Positions 29,272-38,543 of a DNA stretch of 57,857 nucleotides are shown piece after piece. Position numbers and translations under genes: made by a program. Location: assembly GCA_964399265.1 (NCBI GenBank), contig CAYNQF010000004.1, positions 1 to 57,857 of the forward strand. Direction: 5' to 3'. Positions within the stretch are counted from its first letter, which is position 1. Each line of letters starts with the position of its first letter. The notes beneath the pieces are model-generated. The model did no database searches and had not been told where the DNA came from. It was given only the letters and a program-made list of their open reading frames with translations. The DNA is from an uncultured bacterium (GTDB lineage Bacteria > Joyebacterota > Joyebacteria > Joyebacterales > Joyebacteraceae).

Positions 29272-30822
29272 ATGACGAGGAACACTTCGATCGTGATTCG
29301 AGAGGCCTTTCCGCGCGCGCTCAGGGTCTGCATCGTGGTCGCGCTGGCGTCGGTCGTCGCGGTCTCCCTGTGGGGTTGCGGTCCGCGGGGCGGGCTGTCG
29401 GACAGGTACGTCGCCGAGAAGATGGCGTGGAGAGCGCAGAAGCTCAGGCGGGCAATGGCCGAGAACCCGGACGTCGCCACCGAGCAGATGAAGCAGCGCG
29501 TGATGTCCGCCTACGCCGAGATCGTCAGGCTGTTCCCGCCTCCCACGGGTGACGGGTCGAACATGTCCGATGTCGAAGACGACGTCGCCGTGATATCCGG
29601 CATGAGCAGGCTCAGGCTCGCGGGTCTCTACGCGGACGCGGGGGACGCCGAGGAAGCGCAGAGGCTCTACTCATCGGTGGTCGACAGCTACGCGTTCAGC
29701 AGAAGCATGGCGGTCGAGGCAGCCACCGCGCTCGCAGCCTCGTACGAGGGGTCCGGCATGGTACAGGAGGCGGCTGACGTGCTCATGCAGACCGCTGAGA
29801 ACTGGGCGCCCGCCGCGACGCGGGACGATCCGCCCGATCAGCGCATTCTGAGGGCCCCGCTGCTCGCGGCGACGAGCCTCGCGGCCGCGGGTCTTGAGGC
29901 GACGCCCGCCGCGCTCGAGGGCGCCAGGGACTACTACCGCCGGATCGGCAACGAGTGGTCCGGAACGCCCACCGGAAGGTCCGCGCTCGCCACGATCGCC
30001 GAGTCCTACGAGCTGGAGGGACGTTGGGCCGACGCGGCGGGGACGTACGAGCGGCTCGACGAGGAGTACGGTACGCCGGAGACGCGCCCGTCGCTGCTTC
30101 TCAAGCTTGGGGACCTCTACTCCGGCAGGATGGGCGACGTGCCGCGCGCCACGGAATACTACGAGGACGTGGAGCGTCTCGCCCCGGAAGGCGAGGAGGG
30201 GGCGACCGCGTCGATAGAGCTGGCGCGATTCGACCTCGCGAAGCACAGATACGAGCAGGCGCGGAGGCGTCTGCAGTCGGTGCTCGACAGGTTCGCCGAC
30301 GAGAAGACGCTCGCGGCGACGGCGTCGCAGCTCCTTGCCTCTTCCTACGAGATGGAGGGGAGGCTGGACACGGCGATCGCGCGCTACGGGCAGCTCTCGG
30401 CGGCGTATCCGACGTCGCTCTACGGCCTCGCCGCGCCGATACACGTGGCGAAGTTGTACGCGACGATGGGTGAGGACGTGGCCTCCGCCACTGCTCTCGA
30501 CAGGGCGGTGGAGCAGTACGAGCGAGTGATCCGCGACTATGCGGACACTCCGGCCGAGATGGCTGCGAGGAGCTATCTCATAGCGGCTCGGAGCGAACTC
30601 GAGGACTGGAGCGACGTGGCTCCGCTCCTTGTCGAGACGGCGCTTCGGCAGCCGCAGGCGCAGGCGTCGGCAGGCATGCTGCTCAAGGCGGGCGACATCT
30701 ACGCGACCAAGCTCGGTGACCCGGACACGGCCTCCGACGTATTCCGGAGGGTCGTGGACACGTACGGAGGAAGCCCGGCTGCAGAGGAGGCGCAGAGGCG
30801 TCTCGAGCAGCTGACCAGGTGA
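29272..30822 (+). CDS. TPR-repeat lipoprotein
   Basis: Lipobox-like SLWGC; repeated Ala/Tyr/Leu helical TPR units. Confidence 0.8.
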   Translation: MTRNTSIVIREAFPRALRVCIVVALASVVAVSLWGCGPRGGLSDRYVAEKMAWRAQKLRRAMAENPDVATEQMKQRVMSAYAEIVRLFPPPTGDGSNMSDVEDDVAVISGMSRLRLAGLYADAGDAEEAQRLYSSVVDSYAFSRSMAVEAATALAASYEGSGMVQEAADVLMQTAENWAPAATRDDPPDQRILRAPLLAATSLAAAGLEATPAALEGARDYYRRIGNEWSGTPTGRSALATIAESYELEGRWADAAGTYERLDEEYGTPETRPSLLLKLGDLYSGRMGDVPRATEYYEDVERLAPEGEEGATASIELARFDLAKHRYEQARRRLQSVLDRFADEKTLAATASQLLASSYEMEGRLDTAIARYGQLSAAYPTSLYGLAAPIHVAKLYATMGEDVASATALDRAVEQYERVIRDYADTPAEMAARSYLIAARSELEDWSDVAPLLVETALRQPQAQASAGMLLKAGDIYATKLGDPDTASDVFRRVVDTYGGSPAAEEAQRRLEQLTR

Positions 30823-31961
30823 CGTTCCGTTCGATGACGAGAGGTTCCGGTGTGAGAGAACGCGAGAGAGACACGGACTGCCGTTCGGTCAGGCGCGCCG
30901 TCCTCTGCGGCCGCATGTTGGGCGCGTGCCCGAGCATGCTCGAGGTCTTCTTGCTCATGGAGCGAGCGGCCGAGTGTGACGCCGGGGTCGTCATAGTCGG
31001 AGAGTGCGGGACCGGGCGTGAGCTGGCCGCCCGCACCATACACGAACGGAGCGCGCGCCGGGGCGGCCCGTTCGTGTCGATCGACGCGGAGGCGTTCGAG
31101 CCCGAGCGATTGGAGCTGGAGCTTCTAGGTAGGAGCGGGACGGCGTCCCCGCACGGCGGGGGAGCGCTTCTGCAGGCGGACGGCGGCTCACTGCTTCTTG
31201 GAGGTCTCGGGCGGACCACGCCGGGCTTCCAGGAGAGGCTGCTCGCATACCTGCGGTCCGGCTGCTTCCAGCGATCGGTCGGCGGCGGTCACGTCGACGC
31301 CGACGTCCGCGTGATGGCGACGTCGGAGCGCAGCCTCGAGGCGGACGTCGAGTCCGGGTGTCTCAGAAGCGACCTGTTCTACGCGCTTGCCGTCCTCACG
31401 ATTGGCCTTCCTCCTCTGCGCGAGCGAAGAGGTGACGTGCCGCATCTCGCTCTCCACATCCTTCGCGACCTCGCGGGTGACGGGGCCTCCGGCATCGAAG
31501 GCTTCACGAGAGGGGCAGTGTCGGCGATGGTGTCGTACGACTGGCCGGGCAACGTTAGCGAGATGGAGAACCGCATTCGGAGGGCCGCCATAGTCGCCGA
31601 GGGCGGGAGGATAGCCGAGGCCGATCTCGGTCTCGACGTCCCCGACGAGCGCTCCGAGACGACGCTCAGAGAAGCACTCGACCGGCTCACGAAGGAGATG
31701 GTCGAGGACTCGCTGCGAAGGACGCTCGGCAACGTATCCAGGGCCGCGCGCTCGATAGGAGTGAGCCGACCCGCGATGTACGACATGATACGTAAGCACG
31801 ACATCGATGTTCGGCGCTTCAAGCACGAGCGGACGGCCCGCCGCCGTCGCTCGCCGGATACGCAGCCCTCCGCGGGGCAGCGGGCCGGCTCAACAGGGGG
31901 GTCGCTTGACACCCCAGCCCCCATGGACCTAAAATCCGGTCGAACCGACGCGCAGGAGTAG
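30819..31961 (+). CDS. Degenerate sigma54 enhancer-binding protein (PrsR-like AAA+ / Fis-HTH), no receiver domain, ATPase motifs substituted
   Basis: GECGTGRE, QADGGSLLLGG, RSDLFYAL, WPGNVSEMEN; HTH GNVSRAARSIGVSRPAMYDMI. Confidence 0.85.
   Translation: MTFRSMTRGSGVRERERDTDCRSVRRAVLCGRMLGACPSMLEVFLLMERAAECDAGVVIVGECGTGRELAARTIHERSARRGGPFVSIDAEAFEPERLELELLGRSGTASPHGGGALLQADGGSLLLGGLGRTTPGFQERLLAYLRSGCFQRSVGGGHVDADVRVMATSERSLEADVESGCLRSDLFYALAVLTIGLPPLRERRGDVPHLALHILRDLAGDGASGIEGFTRGAVSAMVSYDWPGNVSEMENRIRRAAIVAEGGRIAEADLGLDVPDERSETTLREALDRLTKEMVEDSLRRTLGNVSRAARSIGVSRPAMYDMIRKHDIDVRRFKHERTARRRRSPDTQPSAGQRAGSTGGSLDTPAPMDLKSGRTDAQE
31906..31935 (+). promoter_or_regulatory. Candidate sigma70 promoter for the PEGA/lipoprotein pair
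   Basis: TTGACA-N18-TAAAAT inside the low-complexity 3' tail of the preceding ORF. Confidence 0.5.
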
Positions 31962-31997
31962 TGGCTCGTTCCAACGCAACACCGTAAGGAGCCTCGC

Positions 31998-32744
31998 ATG
32001 GCATCGAGAACGTTAGGTCTGCTAGTCTGCGTCGCCGCCGTGGCGGGACTGCTCCCGCTGGCCGCGCTGGCGCAGGGCCAGGGCGTTGTGGTCGACTCCG
32101 CTCCTCCGGGGGCGGTGGTCGAACTGATAGGTCAGACGGTCTACAGAGGCGTGACGCCCTGGAAGCTCGACAGGGGGATCTCCGGCGCCTACGAGGTGCG
32201 CGCGTACAAGGCGGGGTACGATGAGTGGGACGGGTACGTGCTCCTCTCGGCGGCGAGGAAGGATTCGCTCTTCATCCGTCTGTCCAGAAAGACTCCCCTG
32301 GGGGCCGGTCTCCGCTCGGCCATCGTGCCCGGTTGGGGTCAGTACTACACGGGTCAGAAGGCGAAGGGCACGCTGTTCCTGGCGGCGGAACTCGGCGCAC
32401 TTGCCGGCGTCCTGTGGACGAACGAGAAGAGGGACGACGCCCAGAGCGACTACACCGCGGCCAGGCTCGAGTACCTCGCGGCGGATCAGGTCGACGAGAT
32501 CGAGAGCAAGTACCTGGCTATGAAGAGCGCCTTCAACGAGCTGGACCGCTGGCACGAGAAACGCAAGCAGTGGAGCTATGCGGCGGCTGCGATCTGGCTG
32601 GCCAACGTGCTGGACGCCACGATCCTCTTCCCGGCGCCGTCGCAGGGAGCGGGCTATTCGTCCCTGCCGCCCGGCGAAGAGTCGGGGTTTTTCGCTTCCA
32701 TCGAGCCCGACCGGACAGCGGCGGGTCTCGTCATCCGGTTCTAG
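31998..32744 (+). CDS. Secreted PEGA-domain / DUF5683-like protein
   Basis: Signal peptide, VDSAPPGAVV..GVTP (PEGA), LRSAIVPGWGQYY (DUF5683-like), terminal aromatic residue (IRF). Confidence 0.75.
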   Translation: MASRTLGLLVCVAAVAGLLPLAALAQGQGVVVDSAPPGAVVELIGQTVYRGVTPWKLDRGISGAYEVRAYKAGYDEWDGYVLLSAARKDSLFIRLSRKTPLGAGLRSAIVPGWGQYYTGQKAKGTLFLAAELGALAGVLWTNEKRDDAQSDYTAARLEYLAADQVDEIESKYLAMKSAFNELDRWHEKRKQWSYAAAAIWLANVLDATILFPAPSQGAGYSSLPPGEESGFFASIEPDRTAAGLVIRF

Positions 32745-32768
32745 GCCGCAGCTCACGGAGGTCATCAG

Positions 32769-34385
32769 ATGACACGGAATCGAGCACTGATACTGCTGGC
32801 GGCCGCGATCATGCTGACGGCGCTGTCCGGATGTTTCGACACGCTGTCGCAGCCGGACAGGGACAACGCGGCCGACCCGCTCAATCCGGACACCTCGTCG
32901 CGCGTTCCGCCCAGACCGACGGCGCTCGGTGCCGTCGTGTCGGATAGGAACGTCGTGCTGACATGGTACGTCAGCGACACGTCGAGGGTCGACCACTACA
33001 ACGTGTACCGCTGGGAGGTGGAGGACGCGAACAAGGAAGACTACGAACTCCTGGATACGGCCGACTCGATGACCTTTGAGGACGAGGGCGTCCGCAACGG
33101 TCAGGAGTACCGATACAAGGTGTCCTGCGTGAACGGCCTGAGCCTCGAGGGGAAGCTCTCGACGGCTAGGAGCGTGGTCCCGCGTCCGTTCAGCGTGGCG
33201 ATCGAGCAGGGACGCCCTAAGACTGGGTCGAGGAGCGTCACTCTTACCCTGGCCGCTTCGGGCGCCGCGGCGCTAATGCAGGTCTCCAACGAGAGCGACC
33301 TCTCTTCGGCCCCGTGGTTCACGTTCCAGACCTCGTACTCATGGCAGCTCACGGCGGGCGATGGAGAAAAGACCGTCTACGCGAGGTTCAGAGACTCCGA
33401 GGACAACGAGTCGGACATCGTTAGTGACTCGATCGAACTGGACACGCGGGCCGTCATCCTGTCCCTGACGGAGGACACAGGCGGCGCCGTCCGGTACGCC
33501 GGCGACGTGATCCACTTCTCGCTCGACTCTGGCGAGACCGACGGGGTCGCGACGGTCAGCGTCGGCAACGCCGCCACCGGCATCACGCTGTACGACGACG
33601 GGACCGAAGGCGACGAGGTTGCGGACGACGGCGTGTACGAACGCGACTACGTCGTGGAGTACGGGGTGGAGGTCGTCGACGCGCTCGTAATCGGCGATTT
33701 CACCGACGAGGTTGGTAACGACGCCGACCCGCTGCAGGCCAATGGAACGGTCACGATCTACGAGCCGCCGGTTCCCGTCACGATGAACGTCCCGGTCGTG
33801 CTCTCCGAGCGTAGGATGGCTCTCTCCTGGTCGAGGAGCACCGACGCGGACTTCGATGCGTACGAGCTGTACAGGTCCTACGTGCCGGGCGTGGACACAT
33901 CATCCGACAGGGAACTCATCGCGAACATCCAGTCGGTGTCGCAGACCAACTACACGGACTCCGCGCTCGACCCGGACTCGACGTACTACTATGCGGTTTA
34001 CGTGGTGGACGATGTGGGTCTCCGTGAGATCAGCAACGAGGTGTCCGGAACCACGCTGGCGAACACGCCGCCGGAGCCCGTCGAGCTGTACGCTCCGTGG
34101 GCGCCCGATTCGACCTCTCTCATGATTAGCTGGTCGGAGAGCGACGCCGAGGACTTCCGCCAGTACGAGCTCGTGGGGTGGGAGCAGGATCCGCCGAACC
34201 CGCCGGACAGTGCCGGCAAGCATGTTCTTGCCCGGTTCAGCTCGCCGGGGGAGACGTTCTACACGCACTCGTCGCTGCTGGATACGCTCGTCTACTGGTA
34301 TCAGGTGGCGGTCAAGGATTCCTTCGGAGCGGTCGCCCTGTCGGACAGCGTCTCCGGCACGCCGAGGACGGCAGCACGCCGCTAG
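32769..34385 (+). CDS. Fibronectin type III lipoprotein with a choice-of-anchor X-like acidic motif
   Basis: Lipobox ALSGC, DRDNAADP, several FN3 units (W..YNVYR..YKV), LYDDGTEGDEVADDGVY. Confidence 0.78.
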   Translation: MTRNRALILLAAAIMLTALSGCFDTLSQPDRDNAADPLNPDTSSRVPPRPTALGAVVSDRNVVLTWYVSDTSRVDHYNVYRWEVEDANKEDYELLDTADSMTFEDEGVRNGQEYRYKVSCVNGLSLEGKLSTARSVVPRPFSVAIEQGRPKTGSRSVTLTLAASGAAALMQVSNESDLSSAPWFTFQTSYSWQLTAGDGEKTVYARFRDSEDNESDIVSDSIELDTRAVILSLTEDTGGAVRYAGDVIHFSLDSGETDGVATVSVGNAATGITLYDDGTEGDEVADDGVYERDYVVEYGVEVVDALVIGDFTDEVGNDADPLQANGTVTIYEPPVPVTMNVPVVLSERRMALSWSRSTDADFDAYELYRSYVPGVDTSSDRELIANIQSVSQTNYTDSALDPDSTYYYAVYVVDDVGLREISNEVSGTTLANTPPEPVELYAPWAPDSTSLMISWSESDAEDFRQYELVGWEQDPPNPPDSAGKHVLARFSSPGETFYTHSSLLDTLVYWYQVAVKDSFGAVALSDSVSGTPRTAARR

Positions 34386-34420
34386 TCACGGGGCCCGGAC
34401 GGTCCCACAGGCAGAGTCAA

Positions 34421-34458
34421 AGGCCCCGGCCGCACTGCGCGGCCGGGGCTTCTCGTTG
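34421..34458 (+). terminator. Rho-independent terminator
   Basis: AG-GCCCCGGCCGC-ACTGC-GCGGCCGGGGC-TT followed by CTCGTTG. Confidence 0.65.
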
Positions 34459-34580
34459 TGCCCCTCCTTTAGCCCCCGGCGGGGTCCCGATCCGGCCCCC
34501 GGGTCTCTCGCCACACTCCCTGTCCGGCCCCCGGAAACTCCCTTGCAGGACCCCTCTTGCTGTCCTTGTTACTTTCTAAC

Positions 34581-34596
34581 TGGCATAGATTGTGCA
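34581..34596 (+). promoter_or_regulatory. sigma54 (-24/-12) promoter
   Basis: TGGCATAGATTGTGCA = GG-N10-GC, preceded by an AT-rich tract. Confidence 0.7.
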
Positions 34597-34647
34597 TTCT
34601 AGCGAGTACGGCTCCAGCCACGAGACTACATCGGAGCCCTCGTAACA

Positions 34648-34784
34648 GGGATTCGCGGGGACCGGCGGGCTATAAAGAAGCCTCGGTCATTCTGGGTCGG
34701 AAGCATTCCCCCACGCACGCCGGCCCAGCGGTCTTCCACCGCAAGGCAACCCCCTACGCACCGGCCTCCGGCCCCGCGGATCCC
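34648..34784 (+). other. Predicted multibranch RNA structure in the 5' leader (unassigned)
   Basis: GGGATTCGCGGGG (34648-34660) pairs with CCCCGCGGATCCC (34772-34784) and encloses three hairpins. Confidence 0.5.
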
Positions 34785-34816
34785 GATGACTCCCAAGTCT
34801 CCCGAAAGGTGGCCGG

Positions 34817-37393
34817 ATGCCTGATCGAGCAGCACGAGCGGGTCTTCGAGCGGCGGCCGCCTCGACAGCGGCCGTCGTCTTCGTGCTGCTGTGCGCGGCG
34901 CCGTCATGGTGCGCCGCGGGCGACCGCGCCACCACCGAACACGTCCTGATCGGGCTCACACCGAACGCCGGGTTCGAGGTGAGCGTTAACGGGCAGCCGC
35001 TCGAGGGCGGACCGGTCGTGACCAGCGAACTCGGCATTGCCTCCTTTGGCGTCGACGAGGGCGCGTTCTCCGAGGGAACGAGATACGTGGTCATCGGCGA
35101 CCCGGGCGACCTCATGATATCGAACGTGTTCGTCGACGGCGTCACGGCCGCGGGGGCAACGGTGCACTGGACCACCAACCTGCCGTCCAACTCCGGAGTG
35201 ACATACGGTCCGACGACGGATTACGGCTCCGAAGCGGGCCCCGACCCGGCGCTCGCGATGACCCACGTCGTCGCGCTGTCCGGTCTGACTCCGGGGACCA
35301 CCTATCATTACATGGTTACGAGCGACGACGGTCAGGGGCACGCCGCCTCGTCGGGCGACGGCGTGTTCGCCACCTCTCAGGTTCCACTGGCCATCGAGAA
35401 CGTGTCGGTCGACAGTGTCGGTCAGATGTGGGCGGCGGTCAGCTGGACCACGAATCGCCCCTCCAACTCCGTGGTGGAGTACGGTCTCACGGCGGAGTAC
35501 GGAGACTCGACCGAGGTCGATCCTGCTCTCGTCGAGACGCACAGTGTTGTCGTAGACGGCCTCTCTCCGGGCACCGTCTATCACATGAGGGTTCGTTCGT
35601 CCGACGGCGGGATACCGCCTGCGGTCTCCGGCGACGCCGAGTTCTCGACGGCTCTCGCGCCGCTGTCGCTGACCGGCGTCGAGGTAGCGGAGACGGGTGA
35701 CACGTGGGCCGTGATCCGCTGGACCACCGATCGCGCCGCCGACTCGCGCGTCGAGTACGGACTTTCCATTCAGTACGGGGACTCGTCCGCGACCGACCCT
35801 CGGCTGGTAACCGCCCACGAGATAACACTCTCGGACCTCGAGCCCGGGGTCGGCTACCACTTCCGGGCGTGGAGCGACGATGGGTCCGCCGCACCGGCGG
35901 CGTCGGACGACCAGGAGTTCTCCACGATCGTCAACGAACTCGAGATGTCGGGCCTCACCGTGGGGCCCATAGGGCAGACCTGGGCGGTCGTGAGCTGGTC
36001 CACGAACCGGCCCGCTGCGACATACGTGGCGTATGGGGAGAGCGATGCCTACGGTCAGTTTGCCAGCCCCGGTGATGGCTTCGCCACCGAGCACTCGGCG
36101 ACGCTCGCGGGACTTGCACAGGGGACGCTCTATCACTTCAGGGCGGTCTCGTTCGACCAGGACCTGCAGAGCGTTTCGTCTCCGGACTCGACCCTCGTGA
36201 CGATGCAGGGCGACGTGACCGGTCCACCCCAAATGGAGGGCGTGGACCTGGACGCCGTCTCTGCCACGTCTGTGGTCGTGACCTGGACGACCGACAGGCC
36301 CGCGACGTCGCAGGTCGTGTACGGGACCGATGGCGTGTTCGACTGCGAGACCCGTGCCGACACGACGCTCGTCACGGAGCACAGCGTCATCGTGTGGCCG
36401 GTGGTCCCCAGGCTCGAATACTCATTCGTGGCGCTGAGCGCCTGCGGATGCGACACGACCTCCTGCAGTCCGCTGGTCTTCTCGACGTCGCCTCCGGCCG
36501 CCGCAAGTCTCACGGTCAAGCCGCTCGACCTCATCAAGATCATAGTGACGCCCAACGACGACTCGTCGGCCTTGATCATCTGGGCAAGCGACAGGCCTTG
36601 CTCGACCTGGGTCGACTACGGCGAGGCTCAGGACTACGGAGAGAGCGCTCCGGGGATGCCTCTCGGCAACGCCGCGTACCAGGCCGAGCTCCCGGACCTC
36701 GAGCCGGGAGCGCGCTACCACATCCGTGTGAGCGGCTGGGACGCGCCGGGGGGAGAGGTCACCGGCGAGGACATCCTCTTCGAGATGGTCGAGCCTCCGG
36801 ATCACCAGGCGCCGGCGCGCCCGACGGGTGTCGCCTGCTCGCTCAGCGAGGCCGGGGTCGAGGTGCGATGGGATTCGAACACGGAGTCCGACCTTGCGGG
36901 GTACAACGTCTACAGAGCGCGGAGCAGGCCGGGGTGGATCGACTGGTCGAGAGCGGTGATGCTGAATTCCACGCCGGTTACCGAGTCGAGATACGTGGAC
37001 TCGTCCATCGAACAGGGCGCGGCCTACGCCTACGCGGTGACCGCCGTCGACGGGTCCGACAACGAGAGCCTTTGGTCTGAGAACGCCACGATCGAGACGA
37101 GTCCGGTCGAGCCCGGTCTGTTCCGTCTCGCTGCATACCCCAACCCCGTCCGCGACGACGCCAACTTCGCGTTCGCGCTGCCGGCGGGTGTCTCGTCGGC
37201 GCGACTCCGGGTGCTGTCGCTCAGCGGACGCGTCGTGATGGACACCGAGGTCGCCTACAGGTCCTCGGGTGAGCAGTCTCTCACGTGGGACGCCCGCGAC
37301 CCGTCGGGCTGGCCCGTCGGCGACGGCGTCTACCTCTGCGAGCTGCGCGCGGGCGGGTCGGTCGCCCGCACGAAGCTCACCGTCCTTCGCTAG
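34817..37393 (+). CDS. Secreted FN3-array protein with a C-terminal T9SS type A / FlgD-like sorting domain
   Basis: Signal peptide; six ~90-aa FN3 repeats (W(T/S)T(N/D)RP...YG...H...L.PG..YH) plus one classical FN3; C-terminal YPNP..LSGRVV..TWDARD..GVYL..TKLTVLR. Confidence 0.85.
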   Translation: MPDRAARAGLRAAAASTAAVVFVLLCAAPSWCAAGDRATTEHVLIGLTPNAGFEVSVNGQPLEGGPVVTSELGIASFGVDEGAFSEGTRYVVIGDPGDLMISNVFVDGVTAAGATVHWTTNLPSNSGVTYGPTTDYGSEAGPDPALAMTHVVALSGLTPGTTYHYMVTSDDGQGHAASSGDGVFATSQVPLAIENVSVDSVGQMWAAVSWTTNRPSNSVVEYGLTAEYGDSTEVDPALVETHSVVVDGLSPGTVYHMRVRSSDGGIPPAVSGDAEFSTALAPLSLTGVEVAETGDTWAVIRWTTDRAADSRVEYGLSIQYGDSSATDPRLVTAHEITLSDLEPGVGYHFRAWSDDGSAAPAASDDQEFSTIVNELEMSGLTVGPIGQTWAVVSWSTNRPAATYVAYGESDAYGQFASPGDGFATEHSATLAGLAQGTLYHFRAVSFDQDLQSVSSPDSTLVTMQGDVTGPPQMEGVDLDAVSATSVVVTWTTDRPATSQVVYGTDGVFDCETRADTTLVTEHSVIVWPVVPRLEYSFVALSACGCDTTSCSPLVFSTSPPAAASLTVKPLDLIKIIVTPNDDSSALIIWASDRPCSTWVDYGEAQDYGESAPGMPLGNAAYQAELPDLEPGARYHIRVSGWDAPGGEVTGEDILFEMVEPPDHQAPARPTGVACSLSEAGVEVRWDSNTESDLAGYNVYRARSRPGWIDWSRAVMLNSTPVTESRYVDSSIEQGAAYAYAVTAVDGSDNESLWSENATIETSPVEPGLFRLAAYPNPVRDDANFAFALPAGVSSARLRVLSLSGRVVMDTEVAYRSSGEQSLTWDARDPSGWPVGDGVYLCELRAGGSVARTKLTVLR

Positions 37394-37501
37394 TGTTACG
37401 CTGAGAGAGCAGGACGTCTGGCTCCCCTCACACGCACCACACCGAACAGGACGGATGTCATGCACACCCGCCCCAGCGTGTGGGCGTTCTCTCACGCGTC
37501 C

Positions 37502-37530
37502 TTGACGCTCCGGCGCAGACCCGATATAAT
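37502..37530 (+). promoter_or_regulatory. sigma70 promoter of PEP-CTERM gene 1
   Basis: TTGACG-N17-TATAAT, near-perfect consensus. Confidence 0.75.
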
Positions 37531-37600
37531 CCCCGCCGTCACGGGTCGAAGTGAGACCCGATCCAGGCTGACAATTGCTGCGTAGCGGGAGCACCGACGT

Positions 37601-38422
37601 ATGAGAATCGCAACAGCCATCGCGATGATGGTGGTCGCCGTGATGTTCGCGTCCACCGCCTCGGCCAGCTACACCACCGAGGTCATGTTCTCCGGAGACG
37701 GATGGTATCTGGGTGACGCCGGCGCTAAGCCGGCGGGGGGATACGGTCTGTTCGAGGAGCTGACAACGTTCTACACCGTCCAGTCCGACATGCCATCGGG
37801 CTCGCACTACCTGTACTTCGCTCCGGACATCTCTCTTGTCTACCGTTTCGAGACGCCCGGCGACCCATCCGCCCCGGGACACTACGTCACCATCGACGAG
37901 AACGGGATCGACTTCGACGGTCAGGCGACTGCCTGGAATACGATGGGTCTCATCTGGGCCGACGGGTACGGTCTGGCGCTTGGCCAGCACGACGTGCCGG
38001 AGCTGAATCCCGGCGCGGTCGTCGGCGATCACGCATGGGATCTTGACGGAGGAGGCGCGGACTTCACCGCCACGGTCTGGGCGGCAAAGGGCCCCCAGGT
38101 TGTGTCTGCGGCGCTTCCGTTCAGGTCGGACTTCGCCATGCACAGATCCCTGACGTGGCTGTCGGGGCAGGAGATAGGAACCTGGTTCGGCGGCGGGCTG
38201 TCGCCGCTTCTGGGCGGGCTGCCTCTCGAAGGGCTGGGAGAGGCACTCAACGCGTTCGGGCCGTCGCTCCGGGAGTGGGACCCGGGCTACTACAACATCC
38301 AGTACGACGGCTCAATGAAGCTCAGGGCTGTCTCGGACCCGGTTCCTGAGCCGTCGACCATTCTGCTGTTGACCGGGGGCCTGGCGGCGCTCGTTGCCGT
38401 CAGACGGCGCCGGAGAGCCTAA
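37601..38422 (+). CDS. PEP-CTERM sorting domain protein
   Basis: Signal peptide; C-terminal VPEPST + hydrophobic helix + RRRRRA. Confidence 0.93.
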   Translation: MRIATAIAMMVVAVMFASTASASYTTEVMFSGDGWYLGDAGAKPAGGYGLFEELTTFYTVQSDMPSGSHYLYFAPDISLVYRFETPGDPSAPGHYVTIDENGIDFDGQATAWNTMGLIWADGYGLALGQHDVPELNPGAVVGDHAWDLDGGGADFTATVWAAKGPQVVSAALPFRSDFAMHRSLTWLSGQEIGTWFGGGLSPLLGGLPLEGLGEALNAFGPSLREWDPGYYNIQYDGSMKLRAVSDPVPEPSTILLLTGGLAALVAVRRRRRA

Positions 38423-38458
38423 TCTGTTGCGGTAAAGCACGTTAGGCCGCTTTTGGGG

Positions 38459-38490
38459 ACGGCCTCCCTTGCGGGGGCCGTTTCTCTTTG
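38459..38490 (+). terminator. Rho-independent terminator
   Basis: ACGGCCTCC-CTTGC-GGGGGCCGT followed by TTCTCTTTG. Confidence 0.7.
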
Positions 38491-38514
38491 TGTTGGTTAC
38501 CCAGAACTTTCGAC

Positions 38515-38543
38515 TTGTCAAGGGGAGTGGGAGATGGTACCAT
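38515..38543 (+). promoter_or_regulatory. Candidate sigma70 promoter of PEP-CTERM gene 2
   Basis: TTGTCA-N17-TACCAT with TGn extended -10. Confidence 0.55.

Noticed and set aside
34700-34775. Fragments reminiscent of a c-di-GMP-I riboswitch (CACGCAC, GCCTCCGG)
   Set aside because: The GCAAAC, GAAA tetraloop/receptor and GACGCAAAGC core are absent or out of order; kept only as an unassigned structure.
34782-34810. Hammerhead-like CGATGA...GAAA
   Set aside because: The core is CCGAUGA rather than CUGAUGA, and stem II cannot form between the two motifs.
34817-36800. FN3 repeats as a CRISPR-like or DGR-like array
   Set aside because: The repeats are divergent, protein-level and in frame; no cas genes, reverse transcriptase or adenine-specific TR/VR pair.
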